A DNA stretch of 64,000 nucleotides from Porphyridium purpureum (lineage: Eukaryota). Numbering within the stretch: the stretch's first letter is position 1; every line of letters starts with the position of its first letter. Below the pieces are notes generated by a model. It did not search any database. It had not been told where the DNA came from and saw nothing but the letters and a program-made list of their open reading frames with translations. This document shows positions 9,975 to 20,100 of this stretch, piece by piece. The translations under genes and the position numbers were made by a program. The DNA lies in assembly GCA_008690995.1 (NCBI GenBank), contig VRMN01000003.1:124001-188000 (forward strand), given 5' to 3'.

Positions 9975-11390
9975 ATGGCGCGCGCCAGTGTCGTGCTCGT
10001 GACGCTGGACGAGGTCGATAATCATCGGAAGGATGTGCTGAAGATCGAGGTGACTCCGGCAACGACGCTGGCGGCCGTGCGCGACCAGGCAGTGGCGGCA
10101 TTGCGACCAGCTCCCGCGCACGCGCACGCAGATGCCGAGGCCGGTCCCGACGCCTCGGAGCCCTCGGCCGCGTCCCAGTTTGCACTGCTCGATAGAAATG
10201 GAAATCCAGTGGATCTGTCGCTCCCCATGCGTCTCGCAGGGCTACCAGCCAACTCAAAGCTGCGGCTCGCCACCGCGTCCAAGTACAGAATGGGGAAACC
10301 GGTGCCCAGCGCAGCGCGCCAAAAGGGTAGTGGGCCTGGACCTGCTTCTGGTCTGGTTTCAGTGGCGGTCTTGTTTCACACCTCTGACGCATGCAGAAGA
10401 CGCGTCGTGCTACGCGTCCCCCCGAACACAACGGTAGCACAGTGCTTGGCAAGGGCAGAATTGGATGCCACTTCTATCGATCAGATACTGCTGGATGACA
10501 AGCAAGTGTTGAACAAGAACAGCATGCTTTCCGAGCTCGGCGTTCAGAGTGGGTCGGCCGTGATCCAAGTTGGAGGCGTGGTTCAGGTCATCAAAAAGCT
10601 GTCGTCGACAGTGTCCCAACTTCCGCCGGGATCACAGATGCCTGAGGACTTTGAGACGCCCGCTGAGGATGATGCGATGGTCAAAAATGAGAAAGAGCAA
10701 GAAGCGATCATTCCTGCAGCACACGAAACGATTGTTATTCGCCCGCCGCGTGGCGACCAGCCCGTTGCCATTCCAGCCGAGGACGACTCCTTTTTCGAGC
10801 TCGGCGCCGCAGAGCTGAAGGCGCTTGCGGGCGAATTTCATAAGGACAAGGATGCAGACGTCCTCATGACGAAAAAGATGCGCGAGCAACGCAAAGAAGC
10901 AAAATCGACCGGCAGAAAAATCATAAGTACTCGCATTCGGTTGCAATTCCCTGACAGATGGTGTATTGAGAAAGTGTTTTCCGTGGCTGCGACGGTCGGC
11001 GATCTATACGACCTTTTAGAGTCGAGTTTGAAGGCGGAGGTACTGGCCGCTGCCACAAGGGAAACTTCTGATGAGATGTACTTGTTTGTTGCCCCTCCCG
11101 TGCGGAAATTGACAGACCGCACAAAGACTCTCGCGCAAGAGCAACTTACGCCGGCAGCGCGCATCATGGTACATGTTGCCTCGCAACCGACGGATACGGT
11201 GCTGCTTCTAAAGCCGTCTCTGCTGGACTGCGCTGTAGACCATCCTGTGAGCGGGCCAAACGCAGGAGCATCATCGCAGAACGTAAACAAGGACCAACCA
11301 GCACGTGCGATGCAGGCCGCGTCCAACGGAACATCCGCTGCTGGTGCGGCGGATGGAAAGAAGAAAGTGCCGAGCTGGTTTAAGAAGTAA
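9975..11390 (+). CDS. TUG/ASPSCR1/PUX1-like UBX-domain protein (Cdc48/p97 adaptor)
   Basis: N-terminal ubiquitin-like DLSLPMRLAGLPANSKL; EDDSFFEL; LMTKKMRE; UBX RIRLQFPD; C-terminal KKVPSWFK. Alternative ATG at 9858. Confidence 0.85.
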   Translation: MARASVVLVTLDEVDNHRKDVLKIEVTPATTLAAVRDQAVAALRPAPAHAHADAEAGPDASEPSAASQFALLDRNGNPVDLSLPMRLAGLPANSKLRLATASKYRMGKPVPSAARQKGSGPGPASGLVSVAVLFHTSDACRRRVVLRVPPNTTVAQCLARAELDATSIDQILLDDKQVLNKNSMLSELGVQSGSAVIQVGGVVQVIKKLSSTVSQLPPGSQMPEDFETPAEDDAMVKNEKEQEAIIPAAHETIVIRPPRGDQPVAIPAEDDSFFELGAAELKALAGEFHKDKDADVLMTKKMREQRKEAKSTGRKIISTRIRLQFPDRWCIEKVFSVAATVGDLYDLLESSLKAEVLAAATRETSDEMYLFVAPPVRKLTDRTKTLAQEQLTPAARIMVHVASQPTDTVLLLKPSLLDCAVDHPVSGPNAGASSQNVNKDQPARAMQAASNGTSAAGAADGKKKVPSWFKK

Positions 11391-11744
11391 AATGAAGCAG
11401 AAATCTGAACACGACAAGCCCCGATGTTTGATTCATGCCGTCGTGTGAAAAATATCACTCGCATAAATAGTCAATTCATAAGCATGCCACCCACTTGAAC
11501 TTGTGTGAGAAATTTGCTTGTGGCGAGTGAGAACGAGACACGTGTGTCTGGCTGGAAAGGCTCAGACTCTTTCGGCAACGGGCCCCGCCCGAAACCCGAC
11601 TTTGTATTCCGTTTCTTCCGGGGTTATAAGCGCTCCTTGCGCTTTGACCACCGAAAACGGCTCGCGAGGAGGGTGCACAAGACAGGAACACGTTTCTGAC
11701 GGACTCGCGAATCTGCGCACACCGGCACGTGGAACCAGTGCATC

Positions 11745-13760
11745 ATGGCTGTGGGATCGGCAAAGGAAAAGGTACAAAACGGCGCGGACGGCGCGGACCA
11801 CGACGCTTCTGCGAAAGTGTCGCGCGACTTGGTGCGTAAGCTGCTTCTGGCAGAGAAGTCAAGGAAAAAATGGCGATGGATCTTTGCCTCGCTTATGCTA
11901 GGGTGCGTGGTGGTGCTGGTGCTGGACCGCACCGGCTCACTGTCGCGTAGATCAATGGACACGCTGCACTTGCATGGGACAGCGATGGTCCGAAAGGGTG
12001 CGGCGCTGTTCCGCACATTCGAGCGCGATTTTTTCGCGAACAACCTCGACCAAGCGCTGAAACGACAGGTGCTGCATGACGTATACTTGATCCCGGACGC
12101 CTTTCTGGATGAAGTAGAACGTCAGGACAAACTACACCTGCTGTTCAGATTTCTGACTCAGGAAACGCTCGACGTGACAACGAAAAAGGTGACACGCCTG
12201 CTTGTCGTGCAAGTCGCGCACTCGCTAAACGACAAGCTGTGGGCGATGGGTTCGGCGCTGGCATACGCCAAGAACACAAAGCGCTCAGTTGTAATTCTGT
12301 GGGAGCGTGACTCCTTTTTTTACCCTTCTTTTGATGAGGTGTTCGCACCCCAAGAAGATGTCATCGTTCTAGAAGTTCGCGACTTCAAGGCGCATCGGGT
12401 CTGGAACCCGTCACCAAATGATTGGGCTCGCTTGAATTGGATCGAGCATGATGCCATTGTGAGCGGCTCAGCACCGGAATCGATGCTTAACCCGATCTTC
12501 AATGTTGACAAGAACATTTTCATCCGCACGGGCAGCAGACTAGTGAGCGAGTATTCATCCGACTTGCCGATTCGGCGCGCTCTTAGTTCGCTGGTTCCTC
12601 TGCCCTTTGCTGCAGACCGTGTGCGCAAGCTCACTGACACGTTGCGCTTTGTACAGCACGACTCGGAGGTAATCAGCAAGCTCTATGAAGATTTCGACGT
12701 GCCCAAAATCATGCTTGCGCAAATGAGTCGCTCGCAGAGGATGGATTTGTACGATCAGCTAATATCGATGCAGAAGGAGCTCGACGAGCGTTTGGGAGCC
12801 GCCAACCGAGGGAAGGCCTCGAATGCTAAGCAGCACCGCGCTCGGGTTCTTTTTGCTCATGTACAGTACGGACTAGGGAACCGCATGCGTGCGCTAGGCT
12901 CAGCGATTGTGTTCGCTCAAAAGACTAACCGAGTGCTCGTCGTGATTTGGGAGAGTGACCACCACGTGGAAGGGCAGTTCGATGATTTCTTTGTGAACGG
13001 CTTTGTGATAATGGACCGATTTCCCATTGCGTGGCCGCTTCGAGACGATGGTGACTCCAAGCTCAAGACCTTCATGGACTCGTACAATTTGATGAAGAAG
13101 GAGAACAAGAACATCAAGTCGGCCGCCAGCTTTCATCTCAAAGACAGCCCGAGCAAGCACATTTACATCAAGACAGCCTACATTATCAAGTCAGCATTCA
13201 CAGGTACCGACAGTGTCAAAAAGGCCAAGAATTCGCCGGTGAGCAAGGCCATGCAGACGTTGACGCCTGTATTTGCCGTGCAGCGCCTCGTTGCCCGGCA
13301 CCACGCCAGTAATCTCGACAAGATGGTTGGCGTTCATGTGCGCGCCAAGACTATTGAGAAGGATATTTCCAAGGTGGATCCCACCAAGGAATACACCTCC
13401 GAATCGTCCAAGATTACAAATCTGTGGCGGAAGACCACCTCTCTTCCGGTGTTCGTGGCGAAGATGGCGTCGCTGCTCTCGGCACCTAACTTTTACGTGG
13501 CCACAGACACAGACGAGGCGCTGGCGGAGCTGGACGAATTGTTTCCCGGTCGCATTTTCTACACATACCGGCGGTGCGACGACCGCAGCGCGACGTGCAC
13601 ATTGTATGCCCTGGCCGACATTCTGTGCCTGAGCAAGACGAGGTACATCCTCGGCAGCCACTGGAGCTCGTTCACAGAGGCTGCAGTCCGGCTGGGTGGC
13701 AATGGCGTGCTGTTAGCTGGAGTAGATTTCGGGCCCAAGCCGAAACAAGGGAAAAGTTGA
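11745..13760 (+). CDS. Type II membrane fucosyltransferase-like glycosyltransferase (NodZ/FUT8/O-FucT-like GT-B fold)
   Basis: N-terminal TM; GLGNRMRA; GVHVR; FYVATD; DILCLS...GSHWSSF. Confidence 0.8.
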   Translation: MAVGSAKEKVQNGADGADHDASAKVSRDLVRKLLLAEKSRKKWRWIFASLMLGCVVVLVLDRTGSLSRRSMDTLHLHGTAMVRKGAALFRTFERDFFANNLDQALKRQVLHDVYLIPDAFLDEVERQDKLHLLFRFLTQETLDVTTKKVTRLLVVQVAHSLNDKLWAMGSALAYAKNTKRSVVILWERDSFFYPSFDEVFAPQEDVIVLEVRDFKAHRVWNPSPNDWARLNWIEHDAIVSGSAPESMLNPIFNVDKNIFIRTGSRLVSEYSSDLPIRRALSSLVPLPFAADRVRKLTDTLRFVQHDSEVISKLYEDFDVPKIMLAQMSRSQRMDLYDQLISMQKELDERLGAANRGKASNAKQHRARVLFAHVQYGLGNRMRALGSAIVFAQKTNRVLVVIWESDHHVEGQFDDFFVNGFVIMDRFPIAWPLRDDGDSKLKTFMDSYNLMKKENKNIKSAASFHLKDSPSKHIYIKTAYIIKSAFTGTDSVKKAKNSPVSKAMQTLTPVFAVQRLVARHHASNLDKMVGVHVRAKTIEKDISKVDPTKEYTSESSKITNLWRKTTSLPVFVAKMASLLSAPNFYVATDTDEALAELDELFPGRIFYTYRRCDDRSATCTLYALADILCLSKTRYILGSHWSSFTEAAVRLGGNGVLLAGVDFGPKPKQGKS

Positions 13761-14738
13761 ATGACCACAGTGCAAGCGAATGCATTAGATCTGACTCAGC
13801 GTTGGCGTCCGAAATGTAAAAGTTCGTGGGGCCGTGGGCCAGCTGTAACCTGCCTACAAATTGCTCCACGCTGGAAATGAGCACGTCTTGCCAAACGTGT
13901 TAACGCGGCAGTGCGCCAAGCTGGAAAAACGGTTCAGTTGTTGATGCGTCAGGCCTGTCACGATATGCGATACATTTAGCCGACGTCGATTCACGAACCG
14001 ATTACGCCTCCAAACGACGCGGTATGCGCTGTCATCCCTTCACAAAATGCTGTACTACGGATGAATTCGAACCCTTCGGACAGCACACGGCCAACATCAA
14101 CCATCCATCCCACCCAACCACCTCCCAAAAACCCATGGGTGGAAACAGAGAAGCTTGTACGACACTAAGTTGTAGCCATACGCTCCACGTCCTGCTTTTA
14201 TCCGCCAGACCCCTGCTCTCTCTCTCTCCCTCCATTTCGCAAGGGTCATTCCAGAACCCGGACAAACCCCCTCGAAAAACCCGGCGTGGCGAAATAGGCC
14301 TCAAAATGGCCCCACAAAGCCGCACACGGTTTGAATTTGTCCATCGGCAATAGAAAAACATCGGAATTTCGGCGTGTTGGCGGTGACTCGTACGTGTAGG
14401 GTGCGGAGTGCGTCTGTGTGCCTTGTTTGAGGCTGGTGGGTATGCTACTGCTGCTGGTGGTAGTCTGGAGAGTTAGTTAGATGGGGCTCGCCTGAGAATA
14501 CGCTCCTATCAACACGACCCGGTTTCACGTGCCCATCCCGTACGTACGCAACGACAAAGCGGGAAAGCCTAGTTGTCAGCTGTGGTTGCCTGCTTGCTGC
14601 ATCTATAAAGTGGCGAGGCGCGTTTCGTAACTCCCGGCGAGCGCCGCGTGGTCGAAGGCAAGAGTTGTCACGCACGATTCGGGTGCGAACAAGTCATTGG
14701 TACGTTGGTGTGTTCCGGCCACAGACGCAGCAGTGACA

Positions 14739-15980
14739 ATGAGCGGAATATTCGACCGAAGTTCGCTCGTCCTAGCGGACTTTGGGAAGATGGTCGAGGC
14801 ATCCATCTCTCCAATGCCACACTCTCCGAGAGGCTCGACAAGCATCCGCAGCGCGGCAGGCAGCCCCAGAAGACACCGCGATGGAAGCGCCGAGCAGCGC
14901 TTTGATCGCGCGGAATCCGGCACGAGTCCCAGTCTCAGCATGGGCCCACGCGCCAACTCGGGCTCAAAGACGCTGCGGATGAATCTGTTTCGCTCGGGCT
15001 CAAGTTCGCAGGGGGCGAGCCGTACAATCGGCATCGACACGTCTGAATCGGGCGTGCCAATGAGTCCGCTATCGCCAGACAGCGGCGCCCGAAAGTCAGG
15101 CAGCGGGACGTGGGCCCGAGGGACGCGCAGACACGCTGGCAGTTCCAGCGAGATTATCGACTCGAAGGGGCTTGCGTCGCGTCTAGCGCCCTCAAGCAGT
15201 CTTCCAGCCGCAGGTGCGGTGGCCTTCGTGGCAGGCTACCTTAACGGCATTGATCTATTTGCGCTCGCAGAATCGCTCAGGCGGGAGCTGGACATCAGGG
15301 ACCGTGTCTTCCGACTCAAGACACACGCAAACACATTTCTGGCGATGGATCTGATTCGCTACCTCATCCACAATCGAATTGTCGCGAACCATGCCGACGC
15401 GCTAGAGGTCGGTGAGCGGCTGATCACGAGCGGTCTCATTTTTGATGTACTGGAAGAAGACGAACCGTTCAAGGGCGGCTACCGCTTGTACCGTTTTGCC
15501 GCGGACGAGCGCGAGCTGAACGAGCAGGAGCTCGATATCCCGGGAATCTTGCAGACGCTGCGGGAACGCATTCGGCCGCGTGATCGGAGGCAGGGCCTCG
15601 TTGTTGTCGAGGACTGCTTTCTGGGCGTGGAAGTTGTTCGCGAGCTTATGGCGAGCCAAATGGCAGCTAGTCGGCCAGAAGCGCAAAAAATCGCTCAGAA
15701 GCTGGAGGACCAGGGCCTGCTGGTCAAGGCGAAGGGGAAGGACATGGTCTTTGTGGACGGTGTGTGCTGCTACCGATTCAACTTGTACCCGATGAGCACG
15801 AGCAGTATTGCCGAGTCCTTAAAGAGCGAGACGCACCGATCTGACGAGACGGACACTGAACTATCTGGCGGTTCGCTTGGCGATCTGGTGGGAGGGTTTG
15901 GAGTGAGTGGCCGAACGAACGGCGAGATGGTGTCGGGTCGCGTGTTCCCGAGCGTGTCGTCCAAACTTGTACTGACATGA
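14739..15980 (+). CDS. Tandem DEP-domain protein with Ser-rich N-terminus
   Basis: Two repeats of I(R/P)DR...F(L)xxxx(I/V)xxL...A..(G/A)..L..GL...F..G...YRF; TATA-like tataaa near 14604. Confidence 0.8.
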   Translation: MSGIFDRSSLVLADFGKMVEASISPMPHSPRGSTSIRSAAGSPRRHRDGSAEQRFDRAESGTSPSLSMGPRANSGSKTLRMNLFRSGSSSQGASRTIGIDTSESGVPMSPLSPDSGARKSGSGTWARGTRRHAGSSSEIIDSKGLASRLAPSSSLPAAGAVAFVAGYLNGIDLFALAESLRRELDIRDRVFRLKTHANTFLAMDLIRYLIHNRIVANHADALEVGERLITSGLIFDVLEEDEPFKGGYRLYRFAADERELNEQELDIPGILQTLRERIRPRDRRQGLVVVEDCFLGVEVVRELMASQMAASRPEAQKIAQKLEDQGLLVKAKGKDMVFVDGVCCYRFNLYPMSTSSIAESLKSETHRSDETDTELSGGSLGDLVGGFGVSGRTNGEMVSGRVFPSVSSKLVLT

Positions 15981-16679
15981 TCGCGAGGACGCGTGTACAG
16001 CACGGCGCAAGTCTATGATTAACCCAGTCCGGAACGCGGAAGTATGTACTAAAACGCAGTAAAATCAACGCATGTAACACGATCGCCCTCGCCCTCAAAG
16101 CTCTGCGCGACGTCGTGACGACGCGACCGCAGTGCGCGCGCCATCACAAAGTCATCTGGAACCACATGTGCCGCGAACCGCTCGCGCGCCGGTTCGGCGG
16201 GTGTACTGCACGTCGCGATCGCCGTACCCACATGTACAGGTGGAGGAGTGTGTGTGTTTGTGATCGCGAACGCGCCGGTAATCTCCGCAGGCGCGCGTGA
16301 TCGAGTCGTGTTTGTGTGGCTGCGCGGGGTGGTTGTGGATGTGCTGCGCCGCGCGTAGCAAAGCGGAGCGCTTTCAGAAGCAGCCGCAGCCGCCAGGCCG
16401 CGCGCCGCCACAAAGAACATGGCGGTGCTGCTGCGGCTGCTGGTGGTGGTGGTGGTGGTGGATCTGCTGTGATCGAACGTGCGCTTATTGAGGGGGGGGC
16501 CGCTCTATATGCGGTGCGAGTCGTTCCATCCATGTGTGGACGCGTGCGTTCTTGGTACATGGTTCATAGGTGCGTTACGTCGTGTGGTGAATATAAGAAG
16601 CGCGGGGTTGTGCGATAAGGCTTCATAAGGATTGTGGTGCCGAGTGGATAAGGGGAGGTAGAGTGGCGAGATCGGGGCA

Positions 16680-16740
16680 AGAGGGTGGGGAGGAAGAGTA
16701 GAAGAGAGAGAAAGAGAGAGAGAGAGAGAGGGTTGAGGGA
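16680..16740 (+). repeat. GA-rich / (GA)n tract in the gapA leader
   Basis: gaagagagagaaagagagagagagagagag. Confidence 0.8.
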
Positions 16741-16755
16741 ATTGAGTAGTGCAGC

Positions 16756-17949
16756 ATGGCGTTTGTGTCTAGCTTCTCCACCGTGTCGTCGGCCGCGGCC
16801 ACGCGCCCGCAGAATGTGTGCGCGCAGCGCAGCTTTGTGGGCGCGCCGGTCGGCCGCGTGAGCACCGTGTCGCCGGTCGTGGCCAAGGCCTCGGCCTCCA
16901 GGGCCGCGGGCAGCGCCGGTGACCTGACCATGAAGGTCCGCGTCGCGATCAACGGCTTTGGCCGTATTGGCCGTAACGTGCTCAGATGCTGGGAGGGACG
17001 CGCGGACTCGCCGCTCGAGATTGTCGCGATCAACGACACCTCGGGAGTGAAGACCGCCGCCCACCTGCTCAAGTACGACTCGATCCTCGGCACCTTTGAC
17101 GCGGACGTCAAGGTCGTCGACGACAACACGATCTCGGTGAACGGAAAGAACATTGCCGTGGTGTCGAGCCGCAACCCGCTCGAGCTGCCGTGGAAGGAGA
17201 TGAACATTGACATCGTCGTCGAGGGTACGGGCGTGTTCGTCGATGGCCCCGGAGCCGGCAAGCATCTGCAGGCCGGCGCGAAGAAGGTGGTGATCACCGC
17301 TCCGGGCAAGGGCCCGGAGGTCCAGACCATCGTGGTTGGCGTCAACCACGAGACCCTGGACTGCTCCAAGTTTGACATTATTTCCAACGCCTCGTGCACC
17401 ACGAACTGCATGGCGCCGTTCGTCAAGGTCCTGGAGGAGGAGTTTGGCATCGTCAAGGGCTGCATGACCACCACCCACTCGTACACTGGTGACCAGCGCC
17501 TGTTGGACGCGGGCCACCGCGACTTGCGCCGCGCTCGCGCCGCTGCCCTGAACATCGTGCCCACCACCACCGGTGCCGCACAGGCCGTGGCTCTCGTGGT
17601 GCCGTCGGTCAAGGGCAAGCTCAACGGCATTGCGCTCCGCGTCCCAACGCCGAACGTGTCCATCGTGGACTTTGTGTGCAACGTTGAGAAGAAGACCTTC
17701 AAGGAGGAGGTGAATGGTGCGCTGCTGAAGGCATCGCAGGGCTCCATGAAGGGCATCCTCAAGTACTCGGACGAACCGCTGGTGTCTGCGGACATCAAGG
17801 GCGAGAACTGCTCGTCGGTGATCGATTCCTCGCTTTCCATGGTGATCGGCGACGATCTGGTCAAGGTCGTGGCATGGTACGACAACGAATGGGGCTACAG
17901 CCAACGCTGCGTCGACCTGTGCGACTTGGTCGCGAAGCAGATGCAGTAG
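16756..17949 (+). CDS. gapA: Plastid glyceraldehyde-3-phosphate dehydrogenase GapA with transit peptide
   Basis: [50 protein letters not shown] transit peptide; strong codon bias. Confidence 0.97.
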   Translation: MAFVSSFSTVSSAAATRPQNVCAQRSFVGAPVGRVSTVSPVVAKASASRAAGSAGDLTMKVRVAINGFGRIGRNVLRCWEGRADSPLEIVAINDTSGVKTAAHLLKYDSILGTFDADVKVVDDNTISVNGKNIAVVSSRNPLELPWKEMNIDIVVEGTGVFVDGPGAGKHLQAGAKKVVITAPGKGPEVQTIVVGVNHETLDCSKFDIISNASCTTNCMAPFVKVLEEEFGIVKGCMTTTHSYTGDQRLLDAGHRDLRRARAAALNIVPTTTGAAQAVALVVPSVKGKLNGIALRVPTPNVSIVDFVCNVEKKTFKEEVNGALLKASQGSMKGILKYSDEPLVSADIKGENCSSVIDSSLSMVIGDDLVKVVAWYDNEWGYSQRCVDLCDLVAKQMQ

Positions 17950-18261
17950 ACAACTGACCTCGTCTAGGTTGTGCCTCGTGGCGCGGTTGACCTCTGCTCA
18001 CAGTACAGTTGGTTAGTAAAAGTAAAAAGGTTGCAGTGGATCTCACTTTTCGATTTATATCTTTTGCATTCGCACCGCTGCGGTCACGCGTGGATTTATT
18101 ATCGCATGATTGACTCCAATGAAAGGGACTGCCGAGCTCGCGCCATTGCATTGCTCGTGCGACACCTCGTGAAAATGAATGTCTGCGTCACGTGGGGCGC
18201 TGCTTATTGAGCCAAGGTGCGAAACATGCCCAGCAGTCTCTTGCGGTGTGCGAATAAGGCT

Positions 18262-19482
18262 TCACTCGCGTGTGCCAGTTCTTGCCTTCTTCGGCTCGGT
18301 GGCTGCATCTCCCGATTCTGACGATTCGCCGTGCATGTCAAGCGATCTGGAAGAACGTGCCTGTGGGCTCGCGACCGCTAACTGCAGCGATCGCTTCGGA
18401 GCACGCGCCGGCGAAAACGTTGAAACTGGCCTCACGGCATCGTGATGAAGATTCAGAGCCTGTGCACGTGGTTCCGCCAGGGATAAGTGCGAATGCAACG
18501 GCAACAAGTGCGGGTCCGTCACTGCTGTGTGCTGGGTTCTTGCTGATTTCTGCGACCGCTTTGGTGGCGGCAGAGTTTGCACCTCCGAAGACTGCATTCC
18601 AAACCGCTTTGGTTCAACGATCGCAAAGCGCGTCTCTGGCTGCACCGATGCAGGGTCTGTAGTCGCGTTTGAGGACAGCGGTACCTTTGCGGAAGAGGTC
18701 TCCGTAGCCCGCAGTGCTGCGGTTCTGGAGCCAATCACCAAGTGTCTGCGACCGCTTTTCCAGTCCCGCTTGCGAAAATTATGAAACCAGTTCCTCACTT
18801 GAGCAATCTCCAAACCCGTGTCCTGAGCCAGTTGGTGGCATTCCGGGTCTGACGGATACGGGTGGTCATCATGCGCGTCGGCCCATTCTCGAAGTAACGA
18901 CCTTGAGTCCGGGATGACGTTTCTTTTGGCCTCGTTCAACGTCTCTGCCTTCGAAAGCTTGGCGACCGCGGCATGAAAGCACTCACGTAGCATTCTGTCT
19001 TCGGCCGGGGAATACCACGTTGCATTGGGCACCATTTCTTGCACCAGCTCGAGCACGGTATCTTTGCACGCGTGCTCACATTGCGCAAGAATATCGTCCA
19101 GTCTTTGCTGGAAGACGTCCATTGTCTGGGGCGCAACTCCGGAGGACAGTTTTAGTCCTAAACCGTTGCCAGCCACAGTTGACGGTAAGACCTCTGGGTG
19201 CGCGTCTGCAATAGAATGATTCTCGAACCCCCTTTCCTCAGCACCCTGTCTCCTACCATTTCTACCAGCCCGGTCACCATCATCGATGACACTTCTAATC
19301 CTTTCCAACTCATTTGCATCCGAACCGACACGCGCTTGTGCGTCGTCCGCTGGACGAGGTTCACCATCCGATGCGTGCGCCATGGAAAGCTGCGTCAATG
19401 TGTCTGCGTCTCTCGCTGATCCTGGTGCTGAGGTGTGTCGCCCTCCGCAAACATCAGCCTGCGTCCTGCCACCCCGCTCCAT
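18262..19482 (-). CDS. TALE-class homeodomain transcription factor, KNOX-like helix 3
   Basis: [46 protein letters not shown]. Confidence 0.88.
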   Translation of the reverse strand: MERGGRTQADVCGGRHTSAPGSARDADTLTQLSMAHASDGEPRPADDAQARVGSDANELERIRSVIDDGDRAGRNGRRQGAEERGFENHSIADAHPEVLPSTVAGNGLGLKLSSGVAPQTMDVFQQRLDDILAQCEHACKDTVLELVQEMVPNATWYSPAEDRMLRECFHAAVAKLSKAETLNEAKRNVIPDSRSLLREWADAHDDHPYPSDPECHQLAQDTGLEIAQVRNWFHNFRKRDWKSGRRHLVIGSRTAALRATETSSAKVPLSSNATTDPASVQPETRFAIVEPKRFGMQSSEVQTLPPPKRSQKSARTQHTAVTDPHLLPLHSHLSLAEPRAQALNLHHDAVRPVSTFSPARAPKRSLQLAVASPQARSSRSLDMHGESSESGDAATEPKKARTGTRE

Positions 19483-20100
19483 TATGCTGGACTTGCTCGC
19501 CTGGCCTCACCGCGCCTCGTTTCTCGCGCTCACGTCGCTGCAGGTCACAACCTTTTCTTTTGAGACTAGGCTGACTCGCTCTATTAAAACAACATTGTTT
19601 TAGTATAAACATGAACTAGTCTCGATGTATGGAACGAGGCAGCTGGGGTCCAACGCTGACTGGGGTTGTTGCGTCGGGGCCAAGTGGCGCGCAGCCCTGA
19701 AAACGAAGCCGCCGCGCCGTGGCACTACTGGGTAGGGAGCGCGCCGCAAGAACCCAAACGTTTTGATGATTGAACATCTTGCTTTACTCCACACCGAACC
19801 AATAGCGGTCAGATCAGCAACAACACTCCTTGCCGGGCAAGCGAGTGTCTTGCGTCCAACCCTCGCCTACAACACTGTGCTTGTTATATTGCCTCGGGAC
19901 AGCACGTTCCTCGACCTCCACTCTACACTGCGCCCGGTCCACGCGCCCGCAGCAACCATCAGCCTCCGCCGAGTCCCGCAATAATGTTCGTAACGTGCTC
20001 GCCCACGTTACGTTATTCCAGCAGCCAAAGCAACCGAAAAGCCGACATCCTCGCGGCACTGTCGTGCGGCCTCGAGAGGAAGACGTGAGAACGGGGAGCG

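Noticed and set aside
16564..17904. Two long antisense ORFs (446 and 420 aa) over gapA
   Set aside because: Expected shadow of strong GC3 codon bias in a highly expressed gene; no motifs
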